A DNA stretch of 64,000 bases, from positions 369,644,001 through 369,708,000 of the forward strand of contig OZ024743.1 in NCBI GenBank assembly GCA_964016885.1, read 5' to 3'. Each line of letters starts with the position of its first letter. The first letter of the stretch is position 1. The position numbers and the translations under genes are program-made. The stretch comes from Eledone cirrhosa (Eukaryota). Shown here in pieces: positions 41,390-53,751 of this stretch. Under the pieces are notes generated by a model that saw only the letters and a list, made by a program, of their open reading frames with translations, did no database searches and was not told the origin of the DNA.

Positions 41390-42418
41390 AATGTTTGTCA
41401 ACCTTGAGAAGGCATATGACTGCATTCCTCGAGACCTGCCGTGGAAGGTTCTGCAAGAGTATGGGATTGATGGTCAGTTTCTTGCTGCCCTGATGTCTCT
41501 ATATGAATGCTGTTTGGATAAATGGTGCTAAATCAAAACTATTCAACGTGGGAGTCGGACTCCACCAAGGGTGTGTACTGTCACCTCTCCTGTTCATTAT
41601 TCACATGAACAGGATTGACATGTGCAGCTGCATTGGAAGTGCTATCATGACTGGCAGGTGTAAAATCATCCAGCTGGAATTTGCAGACGACAACGATCTT
41701 CGACTTGCACTTGATACAAAATCAGTGCTGTGAAAACTGAGACAATCATCCTTTAAAGGAAGCCTGTGCAGTGCACTGTACATGTGGATGGAGTTCCTCT
41801 GAAGCAGGTAGAGCCATTCAAGTATCTCAGGGCCATGTTCACGAGTGATAGAAGGCAGGAGGCTGCATTAGTGCAAGAATTGCAAAAGCTGGTGCAGTAA
41901 TGCGCCAGCTTCAGTAATTAGAAGAAGGGAGGTAGGCGTAAAAGCCAAACTCGCTATCTTCAATTTGGTTGTCATGCCAACCCTTACCTATGGTCATGAA
42001 TCTTGGGTAATGACTGAAAGAATGCGGTCACAAATACAAGCAGCCAAAATGGGATTCCTCTGAAGGGTCTTTGGAGTAACGTTACTCGATAATGTGTGTA
42101 GCTCAGAGATGAGAGAGTCGCTCCAGGTCAAGCTGCTACTACTCCGAATTGAGAGTTCACAACTCTGATACTATGGGTATGTGGTTCAGGAAAGAATTGC
42201 AGGACCAGATTTTGCAGGCAAAAACCAACTGGCAAGAGACCCAAGGGTAGACCCTAACCAAGATGGTTGGATAACACACATGAGCTCAGTTGGTCACGCT
42301 TGGGGATCCAGCCAGATCTGTTGGAGATGGTTGCTTCTGACTGGACTCACTAAAAGGAGTGTTTGAGGATTGTGCCCCTACTACCTTCTCAGGAATAAGT
42401 AGGCAAAGAAGATGAAGA
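41390..42418 (+). mobile_element. RTE family C (Rex3/Expander-like), 5'-truncated
   Basis: LEKAYD, GLHQGCVLSPLLF, EFADD, PTLTYGHESWVMTER; GAA-rich tail. Confidence 0.85.
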
Positions 42419-42809
42419 ATTTGGAGGAATTTAGTAATATAACTCTCGTTATTAAGATGATGTTTGGAGCATAACTTAACAAATGTTCTTACATAAAATT
42501 ATGATGTTTTTTTTTTAGATAAATGTAAATGCTTAAAATATTCAGCTTAGTATCATAAAACTACAGTCAGTCTCAGCCAGTTTGGCATGAAAAGGGTTAA
42601 TATTGAATTTACCCTGAATTAGTGTTATCCCCTGTTAACTATGAATGCTATTAGAATCTATTATCACTTTATTCTTTCTATTTTACCATAATGATTTAAG
42701 CAGTTTAAAATAATAATTCTAAAAAATGATTTATTCTTCATGTTTTTGTTTTCTTCTCAATAAAACTAAGTTTTAAATAATTTCTTCATGGTTGTCTGTA
42801 TGTTATGAT

Positions 42810-43330
42810 TTCAAGTTTGTCAACATAGCACTAAATTTATAGATTTGTAGATAGTATAAGTTCTACAGATTTGACAGCATAATACTAGGTTTAGTTTTGC
42901 ATCAAAACATAGTGCTAGAGTTACAACTTTTTGTCAACATAGTACTAGGATTACAGCCTTTTGTCTTTATAGCAATGAGTCTATAGCTTTGTCAACATAA
43001 TACAGTTTACAGTTTTGCATCAATGTAGTACTAGTGTCAACGTAGCTCTAGTTCTACAGATTTCTGTCAACATAGTACTACAGCTTTTTGTCAATATAGC
43101 AATGAGTTTATAGCTTTGTCAACATAGTACTGGTTTACAACTTTTTGTCAACTTAATACTAGGTTTATAACTTTTTGTTAGCATAGCACTAGGTTTACAT
43201 ATTTGTGTCAACATAGTACTAAATTTACAGCTTTTCGTCAATATAGCCCTGAGTTTACAGTATTGTCAACATAGAACTAGGTTTGTAGTTTTGTCAACAT
43301 AGAATTAGGTCTGTAGTTTTATCAACTTTA
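42810..43330. repeat. ~28-31-bp degenerate minisatellite
   Basis: Consensus TTTGTCAACATAGTACTAGGTTTACAGC repeated roughly 17 times. Confidence 0.85.
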
Positions 43331-44154
43331 AAGTTAGTATATTGTTGTTTAGTCCACGGTCTGCCCAGATCAAACAGAATTATAATCATAAGCATTCCAG
43401 CATTGTGTGTCTAAGATTACCTTATCTAATGCATCCTTCCTCATTTTATGCTATTTTATGCTATTTGGGTGGGAAGTTCTAGAGGCTAATTCATTGATTT
43501 AAATTAGTATATTTTTTTAATTATGTCTGGATCAAGTTAAATCTATTATTGCTCATTGTGACAATGCTATATCTGAATCAGAATTTCAAACCCAATCATC
43601 TAGTAGACAAACATAGCCAGGATTATTTTCATTTATGATTTTCCCTAACTATCTATCAATTAAGAGCCTGGATTTTTTTCTTTTTACTATATGCTATAAA
43701 AATAATTGTATCAATAACAGCCATTCCAAAGTTGCATGGAAAATAGATGGATACAGAAAACAGTAATATATATATATATATATAAATAAAATTATAAGAA
43801 ACGAAATGAGCTGTGTGGGGTTACTATAAACAAAGTTTAAGATGGTAGTATGGACGAAACAAGAGAAGAAATCCTTCGTCAGCTGTAAACCGTAGATCAT
43901 AGATGTTTCGGCGCTTAATACAGGACATCTAAAAGCGATCAGCGGCGCGATTCCATTCTTTTATTCATTTACTGCTTTTAGTTTTTTGGGCTATTGCAAT
44001 GTTTTCATCTATTATATTGGCAAGAAATTGAAAGAAACAGAATGCTTTGCAGTGTTTGTTCTGGCTTTCCAAGCCCTCAGTTCAAATCCTGCTGAGGCCA
44101 ACTTTGCCTTTCATCTTTTCAAAGTTCATAAAATACCAGTTCAATACTGCAGTC

Positions 44155-44201
<47 letters not shown>

Positions 44202-45799
44202 GAAGAAGAAGAAATGGGCTCTGCCCAGTTTAAAGACTCAAGATGGCGCCTTTATGTCATCTTCTGGAGGTAAGGGTCCATGGATGGATATAGACATCAG
44301 TACATTGCCAAAGTCTACATTTATATAAAGGGACATAATTCAGATTGAATAAATACCACAAGGTATTTTTGTTTGATGCACCAATTTATAAGTAACCTTT
44401 GTTGCTGTACACACTCATACTGCATATACACACACATGTATACATGAAGCTTTTGCACTGTTTTTTATCAAATTTGACCCTCAAGTCTAATTCAAACTAA
44501 ATAACAGAAAGCCCAGCCAAGCAGTTTAACCACTTAGAAAAAAGATGACATACTTGCAAAACAAGAGAAGCAAGCAATGTCTATTCTTGTTATTTTGATG
44601 TTCTCTCTCTCACTTTGTGACTGAAAGGTGTGAAGTGAATCAGTAGATAAATAATTGGTGACATCTATATTTGAGTGTCTCCCTGGAGTCTTGTGGGATG
44701 GGGCTGGGGCTTGGTGTGTTTAAGCCTTTATGGTATTGCAGCTATTATAATGTTCATTTGAAATTTTAGTAATTTTCCCAAGTCATTATCTTTGCATTGT
44801 TGTTGTAACCATCTCATAGCTGCTTCATCAGTCTAGTACTAGTTACCACCAACACCACCACACTGCTGGGATGTAATGTGATGTTTGTTTGGCTCTGTTT
44901 CAACAACACTTTAAGGGAATGTTCCCACACTCCAACTAGCATACTATACATGGGAAATCTTTTGGCTATCAATCTCTCTCTCTCTCTTACCTATGTCTTC
45001 CTCGCTTGTTGGATGAAGTGAATAACCTCCTCTCCCTTCTATGGTCATTGAATTGGAATTTTTTAAATGTGAGGGGGAAAGGGTTCCAGTGATACATATA
45101 TGTGACAGTGTGTGTATATATATGATGGTGTATGTATATATGATTGTGTGTATAAGTGTGAGATAGATAAATCAAATCACAGAAGATTTACCAATATCTT
45201 TTATTTTAGTTGTTTTTTGAAGATGTTTTCTGTCTGTTGACACCTATCCTATAAGAAATAAGCTTTCTAAACTGTAATAAATCGGTATTTGTTAGAAAAG
45301 AATTCGCAAAATATTTAGTTAATTTGTCTGAAGGGAATTTAAACTCTTAAGTATATATTAATCTAAACTTGGTTGATGTTAGTATTTTTATGGTGGAAAT
45401 AAAAACCCAAAACAAAATGGTTTCTCACATTAGAACAAGATAACTAATTTAGAAAGCAGAGATTTAATCAATTAAATTGACAACACTAGTAGATGTTTGA
45501 TAAATTATTCAGAGGAAAATGGTGGCAGACCTGATGGCTTTTCTGCATCTTCTCAGTCTGGTGGGATTCTTGTAGCCAATGTCTAGTCAGAACATCTAGA
45601 GAACAAAAAAAAAAGAAAAGAAAATCAATCAATCTCTGAGTAGATAAAATATTCTTAGAATTAGTAGTCAAACATTTGTCCCACAGCACTGGTATAGTAA
45701 GATCTACAGCAGACACAGTTTGCAAAAACTATATATACTATATACACCTCTTTTATGAATCACACTATGTTAATGCTTCTGCACATATGTGTGTGTTTG

Positions 45800-46075
45800 T
45801 TGAGAGAGAGGCTGGGACTGGGTATAAAGAGAATTGAATGTTAAGTGCAAACAAATGATTGCATTTGTGCAGGCTTGTAATGCATATGGATGATGATAGT
45901 TGTGTATAGGTTTGCCAGGAGATTCAAGTGGTAGAGAAACATAAAAGAGGAAGACCAAAGAAACATTGAGGTAGAAGTGGTGAAAGCTGATTTCAGGGAG
46001 CTGAACCTCACTAAGGAGATGACAAAAGGAAGCAACACATTGTGGCATGTTGTTTTGAAGAGGACCCATCAGACA
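45800..46075 (+). mobile_element. Old RTE 3' fragment
   Basis: AGAGGAAGACCAAAGAAACA..GAAGTGGTGAAAGCTGAT (RGRP.K.W.EVV motif). Confidence 0.55.
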
Positions 46076-46359
46076 AATGCAAACATCAAATTATTTCCTC
46101 ATGAATTACTTTAGTTTTTTGAAAAATGGGTTAAGACATATGTGGTTTGAATTTTATTAAAACATGGATATATTTAAATGTATAAACTATATGAATGGAA
46201 CATTTTACAATATTGTTATAAAGCCAAACTAATTTATATACATACACATCTGTCTTCCCCATACCCGTGGCTGGTGCGTATTTGCGATTGGTTTACAGTA
46301 TTTTCTGAGAGTTTTCTTTATGGGATAGCATAACCAACAGTGTTATTTACATATATATA

Positions 46360-46545
46360 ATAATTGTTTCTACTTTTGGCACAAGGCCAGCAATTATCTC
46401 AGTGTATTACTAGTATTTTATTTTATCGACCCTGTAAGGATGAAAGGCAAAGTTAACCTCGGCGGGATTTGAACTCAGAATGGCAAGGGCCGTAACTCTA
46501 TACGTCAAAGCATGGCGTCCGACCCTCTACCAATACTGCCAATCC
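46360..46545 (-). mobile_element. SINE family 1
   Basis: Near-identical to 20823-21007. Confidence 0.85.
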
Positions 46546-46768
46546 AGTACCCTTATATATAATAATGAATACTGCCAATCTAGTACCCATATATATAATC
46601 ATGAAGACACTCAGCGTGTGTATAAAAAATAATACTATTATAATAATATTAATGAGAATAAATATACTCATTTTCTTGGTGTTTTTTTAGCTCAATGCAA
46701 TGGGGGTCTAGCAGAGCTGTTATATATTTATAGTTTGTTTTACAAACCAAAGGATTAAGGCATTTATT

Positions 46769-46866
46769 AACTGACAATTGTTTCTACCTCGGTTACGCTA
46801 CCTATAGCGAATTCTTTTATTTAATAATTCGCCATTAGTAAGTAGTCCATGGGTGTCATCAGAGTT
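46769..46866 (-). ncRNA. Type I hammerhead with canonical GUC site and very long stem II
   Basis: AACT-CTGATGA-[~70-nt imperfect hairpin including GCGAATT/AATTCGC]-GAAA-CAATTG-TC-AGTT followed by AATAAA. Confidence 0.8.
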
Positions 46867-47076
46867 TATTTAAAAAACAATATAAGTTACTCAAGATAAT
46901 AATTAGAACAGATAATATACAAATCACTCATTAAAATATCACAATAAAAGTTTACATTCAGGAATACAGTTAAAAAATATGGCAGTATAAAAGAAATATA
47001 TATTTTGTTTATGTTTAAGAGCTCACGATAAAATTTAATAGTTAAATTTCCAAAATATTGTAGTTTGAAAGAGAAA

Positions 47077-47250
47077 TAATTGTTTCTACTTTTGGCACAA
47101 GGCCAGCAATTACTCAGTGCATTACTGGTACTTTATTTTATCGACCCCGTAAGGATGAAAGGCAAAGTTAACCTCGGCAGGATTTGAACTCAGAATGGCA
47201 AGGGGCATAACTCTATGTGTCCGACCATCTACCGATACTGCCAATCCACC
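47077..47250 (-). mobile_element. SINE family 1
   Basis: Near-identical to 20823-21007 with a small deletion. Confidence 0.85.
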
Positions 47251-47622
47251 GAGAAATAATGTTATTTGTTTTTTAGAGTTAATAGTTTAAGAATTGTTGT
47301 CATTGTTATTAACAGCTTTTCTAAAATAAACTTGCATATATATATAGTTTCAGTAGGGCAATATTCATATTTATCTGGAGTAGTTAAGTTTTTACATGAA
47401 TTTAAAAAAAAAAAAAAAAAAAAAAAAGTATATTTGCTGCAGAACTAACGTTATGTTACAAAACATGAAAAGTGTAAGTAAACACAGTGAAAACAAATAT
47501 ATAGGAAAATAGGACCCCGACGGCTGAGCTCTGGCCATTTCGACAGCTAGATCTGGGGTGCTGACTCTTTTCCAATTACCCACTCTGGTATCTTACCACA
47601 CCTTTGTTTTATATATATATAT

Positions 47623-48730
47623 ATGACAGAGGGACCAGCTATTGAGATTGATCACTATAGGGTCCAAGAAGCAATTAAGGAAATGAAAAATGGTAAGACC
47701 GCTGGACCATCAGGGATAGTTGCTGAGATGCTGAAGACATCAGGAGAAGTAGGAACTAAACTGGTTGCACGCATCGTCAATCAAGCTATATATGGCGGAG
47801 TCATATCCCAAGATGGTGCAGCAATATTCTTATAAATTGCTATAAAGGTAAAGGGGATGCTCTGGAGAAGAGTAATTACAGGGGCATAAAACTGATGGAT
47901 CAGGTTATGAAAGTGACAAAAAGAATATTAGCGCAACTAATTAGAGAAAAGGTCAAATTAGATGAGATGCGGTTTGGTTTTGTGCCTGGGAAAAGTACAA
48001 CAGATGACCTCTTCTTAGTGAGACAACTACAAGAGAGGTTCTTAGAGAAGAATAAGCCACTATACTTAGCATTTGTTGACCTAGAGAAGGCCGTTGATAG
48101 GGTATCTCGATCTGTCATCTGGTGGTCCCTAAGGAAACTAGGTGTAGAGGAATGGTTTGTGAGGACTGCAAACTTTGTACAGAGGTGCTGTCAGTAAAGT
48201 GAGGGTAGGAATGGAGTTTAGTGAGGAATTCCAGATACAAGTAGGAGTAAATCAGTGTTCGGTCCTCAGCTCACTCTTTGTCATTTTAGTCCTCCAAGCC
48301 ATAACAGAGGAGTTTAAGACTGGCTGCCCACGGGAACTTCTCTATGCTGACGATCTGGTTCTTATAGCAGAATCATTAGAGGAGCTAGAGAATAAATTCT
48401 GGCTATGGAAACAGCAGTTGGAATCAAGAGGACTGAGAGTGAACCTAGGTAAGACAAAAGTATTGATAAGTAGAAAAGAGGACAAAACTATGATTCCATC
48501 AGGGAAATGGCCATGTTCGATATGTAGAAAAGGAACTGGCATAAATTCTATAAAATGTACACAATGCACATCTTGGGTACACATGAGATGTAGTGGGATG
48601 TAGGGAAAACTACATATGCAGAAGATGTACAGGGTAATTTGACAGCAGAAGTCGCAGTGATAAGACACATTTTTCAAATGCACATAGGATATATTGAAGT
48701 GGTTGATAGCTTCCGGTACTGAGGTGATCA
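47623..48730 (+). mobile_element. RTE family A internal fragment
   Basis: Highly similar to the reverse complement of ~30410-31540 (TEGPAIEID, AFVDLEKA, LLYADD). Confidence 0.92.
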
Positions 48731-48834
48731 GATTTCCCTGTACATCTAGTGCATACGTAGTTTTCCCGACCTGTTAGTTTGCCTACTATCCCACTACATC
48801 TCATGTGTATCCAAGATCTGCATTGTGTACATAA

Positions 48835-50390
48835 AACTAGGCGTCGATGAATGGCTTGTGAGGGCTATACAAGCCATGTATAAAGAAACAGTCAGCAAGG
48901 TTAGAATTAACAACGAATATAGTGAAGAGTTTAGCGTAAAAGTTGGCGTCCATCAGGGCTCTGTTCTCAGCCCCCTACTATTTATTATTGCCCTTCAGGC
49001 TATAACAGAGGAGTTCAAGACCGGCTGCCCATGGGAACTCCTATACGCAGACGACCTGACACTCATAGCGGAATCAATGGCCGAGCTAGAGAAGAAATTC
49101 CAAACATGGAAGCACGGCCTAGAATCAAAAGGACTTAAAATTAACCTGGCTAAGACTAAAGTTCTAGTTTGTAGGAAAGAAAATAAGGCGGCGGTCCCTT
49201 CTGGGAAATGGTCGTGCTCGGTGTGTAGGAAAGGCGTAGGTAGAAACTCCATTTTATGTCCTAAATGCAAAGTATGGGTGCATAAAAGATGTAGTGGGAT
49301 CACAGGTAAGCTAACTAAGAACATAAATTTTACATGTGGCCGGTGCTCTGGTGCAATAAGTAGCAGCAAGTGCCCACAAAATACTAGCTCTTTCAATTGC
49401 GCAGAGAGTTCTATAGAAATAGTGGACAGCTTCCGTTACCTGGGCGATAAAATCAGCAGTGGGGGAGGGTGCTCTGAAAGTACAGTAGCTAGAGTCAGAA
49501 CTGGTTGGAAAAAGTTCAGAGAGCTTATACCACTATTAGCTGCTAAAGGGTTCTCCCTAAAAATGAAAGGCAGGTTGTACGATGCCTGCATACGAACAGC
49601 AATGTTGCATGGCAGTGAGACCTGGGCATTGTGTGCAGAGGATATACGCAGACTAGAGAGGAACGAAGCTTGCATGCTCTGCTGGATGTGTAACAGTAAT
49701 ATACGTGAACGGCAAAGCATAAACGAACTAAGGAAAAAATTAGAAATAAGAGGGATCAGATGTTGTTTACTCGAGAGAAGGCTACGTTGGTATGGACACG
49801 TGATGCGCATGAAAGTCGATAGCTGTATAACAAAGTGCAGGGCAATAGAGATAGACGGTAGCCACGGAATAGGCAGACCTAGAAAAACCTGGGACGAGCT
49901 GATAAACTCCGACCTCACACACTTACACCTCTCCAAGACAATGTCACTGGACCGAGACCTTTGGCGGTACTCAGTAACAGAGAAGACCCGCCTTACCTAA
50001 ATACATAGTAAAACCTACTACAGCCAGTAGGCATCTCTAACAAAATACACCCCGTCCCACCACCACCACCCCCATCCCATCCACACCACCCCGTTCTATG
50101 TGAAGTTATGTTGGTGCCGCGCCATCCAGGCCGAAACAAATGAGATTGTGTAGGTGTCACGACAAAAAAACACACAGTCCACGCTGTAATGTGGCCGTGT
50201 AGGCAACACGGTAAAAACCTCCCAGACCCACACTGTAAATGTGGTTGGTGTTAGGAAGGGCATCCAACTGTAGAAAACCTGCCAGACAGTCCTATGCGAG
50301 CAAGACAACCACTCTTGCCTCAAGTGGGACTACCCCCGTCCAAACCCATGCAAGCGTGGAACATGGACGTTAAACGTTGATGATGATGAT
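48835..50390 (+). mobile_element. Young 5'-truncated RTE family B: intact ORF C-half plus 3' UTR
   Basis: Open frame to TAA at 50000 with GVHQGSVLSPLLF, LYADD, C4HC3 finger, FRYLG and GRPRKTW; 3' UTR ends in (GAT)n. Confidence 0.95.
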
Positions 50391-50434
50391 ATATATATGT
50401 ATGTATATATATATATATATATAGATAGATAGAT

Positions 50435-50680
50435 TTCTTTATTTGCCAGAAGGCTGCACAAAAAAGGGGACAATACAAAGACACATGGCGGAGATTTTAT
50501 ATACAGTCGTGTAAAACAGTTTTAACATGAAAATATAACAATCAAAATCCCCAATAGGGGAGAGGCGTTACAAATGGGTTGCTTTATACCCCGTAGATAG
50601 AACGACGCCGCACAAGAAAATGGGACAATAAAAAGACATATGGCGGGGATTTTATATAGTCGTGTAAAAAATTTTAACAA
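50435..50680. repeat. Imperfect ~75-bp direct repeat (50455-50525 / 50608-50680), probably a LINE 3' end
   Basis: GCACAA..GGGACAATA.AAAGACA.ATGGCGG.GATTTTATATA..GTCGTGTAAAA occurs twice. Confidence 0.6.
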
Positions 50681-50938
50681 CTCCAGGAGCATGTTGTGCA
50701 AGTGCTCATTCCCTTCGCTCTCTTCTTCAACCTACAGGTTTACATACAAAGATGATGATATATATGTGTATATATATATATATATATGTGTGTATATATA
50801 TATGTATATATCTAACTGTGCTTAACACTATAACTAATAAAATAATTATAAACATCTCACTATCCAGGCAGCTTCCAAAAATAATGGTTGCATCTAATAG
50901 GGTATGCCAAAATTATTTATAAAACTGTTTATATATTG

Positions 50939-51003
50939 TATTTTATCTGATGAAGGCATACCATATTTTAATTTGGTATCCCTGAAATATGTATAATGAA
51001 ATA
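50939..51003 (+). ncRNA. Type I hammerhead ribozyme
   Basis: TATTTTAT-CTGATGA-AGGCATACCA-loop-TGGTATCCCT-GAAA-TATGTA-TA-ATGAAATA, with AATAAA overlapping the end of stem I. Confidence 0.85.
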
Positions 51004-51129
51004 AATATGGTTTTATAAATATAGTTTCCATTTATTTAATATCGTATGTATATATATATATGTATATATATATGTATATATATATGTATATATATATGTA
51101 TATATATATATATATATACATATATATGT

Positions 51130-53751
51130 ATAGAAATCACATGAATCAAAGTTCTGTTCAAACCATTTATTAGCTTACAATTGTTTCGTCCAAACCGAGG
51201 TTTGGAGTCTTCGGAGCAATTTTTCAATGATTGTTTACATACATGACCTCCTTTCCAACACAAGAGACATCCAGAAACATATGTATATCTCGATGCACAG
51301 TGGGGTGACATCCATTATAATATTTTAGCATGGCAATTTACATTCAAAGATTAAAATCATATTAAAATTAAAACAAAATTTTAACTTTAATTTTGTTATA
51401 ATTTTCTTTTAATATGATTTTAATATGTAAGGTATTTTTTGTATATAATAAAAAAAAAGTGTGTGCAGAAAAATAAAAATAAAAAGGAGAAGCAAAAGGA
51501 AGTTATGGTTTTCGTATCCACCACCATTTTCACATTCAGGAAATGTAATATATAGTTTATACATCCATCACATAATTAACGATGATTCCGTATTGGATGT
51601 TTGATGCATTAAATTAAATTATTTTAGCTTATTGCAGCTCAGTGTTCTTTAATCCAATTTTATAGAGTAGGTTGTTTCTGCTGTGAGAATTTACATCGGT
51701 TATTATCCGGAAGTATGTGTGTAATTAAGGGGAGTTAATGCGTAAGGGGAGGTAACTAGCTGATTTCCATAACTAAATTTATTGTTCTAACATACATTAT
51801 AAGGTGTCTCAATTGAGTCCCTTATATAGACGGTTATATATTTATATTCATTTTCCAATTTTAAATACAGTTTACTCTATCATGATGTACTAAAGGTATT
51901 TATATTAGGATGATTACTCCCTATCATAGAGTGCTACAACTGAATATTCCATACAAAGAGCCACATCTTTATATCAAAGTTCTTTGCAAATCTAGTCTAC
52001 TCACAGAACATGTCAGGGGATCTATTAGAACTATGTCTACATAACGCCTGGTAAGTTCTGGAGCAGCGTATGGCTGTTTGCATGGCAAAGCCAAATACAT
52101 CTCTAGGGCAGACAAAAACATCCCTCATTTACAATGTCATTAATCTATCCATCAAGTTATACTTGCATATATAACTCACATACCATTCATACATAATTCA
52201 TTGCACTCAACATATAGGTTATACAAATCTCTTATGTTAATAAATTAATCTCATATATATCCAATGTTATCACTCCATACATACAAATACAATTGCATAA
52301 ATAATTCATTGTCGAATCTGGTATTTAAAGCTTACATAGACTGTATTGTATCACTATATAATTATAAGTAATTGAAAGTAATTATACTAAAAGTAGGTGT
52401 TCATGGGGATATTTCTAGGGTATAACGTTATAGATAGATGGAATGATTTGTGTTGAGATAGGGTGGATCAGAGAGTGTGGAGTTGTGGTGTAAGGTGTGC
52501 CCTTGAGGTGTAGTGTTAGAAGTGGTGATGGGTTCAAGTCTGACATTGTTATATATTGGGTTTAAAGTTTTGGAAGGAGTGCCGGAAACAGTGCTGGCAC
52601 GACGCAAACACTTTCGATTTTTTATTAAGGAGGTTATGGTTTGAGAAGATTATAGTATGTGTCTCTAGTAGACAGAGGTTACAGAATTTATTAGGTGGTT
52701 TGTACGATGCTGCCTTACCTATCACTTCCCATTTAAGTGTATAAGATCTATTTTTAGTTTTTAGATGGTGTATGTAGCTAGACTGTGTTTTTGAAAGAAT
52801 GGAGGTGTGAATTGTATCTGGTTTTGAAGCAGTTCGCAGTAGAGTCTATATAGGTTTCAGAAGAGTTGCTAGTTATGACGGTGCATGAGTATATGATGTC
52901 CTTGATTAAGCAGTTTTTATCTAAAGGGCAGGTTCTATTAGATCTACAGTTACAATTATTTTGGATGTTAACCTGCCGGTTATTATGTTTTGTAGAAGTC
53001 TGGTTGCTAGTTATTGGATTATGGCTATGGGGGTTGTCGCGCCCAGCGTTATTACTTACACTAGTGCTATTACTATTATTACTATTGATATCAGGGTTTG
53101 TAGATATAATGTTGTTTTGAAGGTTTACCCCCTGCTGTGTTTTAGTTTGTTGCAAGTAAGTACTAATTTATCTTTTATTGCTACTAGCTATGTGGTATGC
53201 TATGTTAGGCATGGTAGAGTAGGAGATTTTAATTGTGTTTTTGTTTATAAGACTGTGGTACTTGTGGCTAGATGGGAAGTTTTTATCCAGGAGTGAGAAG
53301 AAAGCCTTAGGTAGGTTGGTAGAGACGTTTAGATTGAAAGGTGGGTTGAAAAATGTATTATTTCTTCTTCTATTTTTGTTTTTTATGTCTGGTGAGATGC
53401 TTCTGTTGATGGTCTTTTGGTGACTTCCGTGGTGTGGGTTACGTTTGTTGCCACCCTTCGTACTAGTGTGTGTGTGTGGTTATTATTCTTATTACTATTT
53501 TTCCTCATGGATATATTGTGCGAAATAATGTTGTAACTATGTGTTTTTGTAGGTAGGAACTCGATCTCATTATTATGGCCTGATTATAATATTGTGAGTT
53601 TTTGCTAAATATGTTTTCGTCATAAGATAGATTAGAGATTCTATTGGATATTCCCTTAGAGATAGAGTTTAATATTGATCTAGGGTGGTTAGACTTGGTA
53701 TCTACGTAAATCAGTTTTTTGTTAGGTTTATGGAATATCCTAGAGTCTAGG
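51130..53751 (-). mobile_element. Second PLE family, 5'-truncated and decayed (RT C-terminus, GIY-YIG, long 3' region)
   Basis: Minus strand reads FHKPNKKLIYVDTKSNHPRSILNSISKGISNRISNLS (~53620-53740), CNCRSNRTCPLDKNC..IIYSCTV..YIDSTANCFKTRYNSH and CNLCL; hammerhead at the distal end. Confidence 0.85.
51173..51217 (-). ncRNA. Hammerhead with one core substitution (CCGAAGA)
   Basis: GCT-CCGAAGA-C-TCCAAACC-TC-GGTTTGGA-C-GAAA-CAATTG-TA-AGC followed by TAATAAA. Confidence 0.75.
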
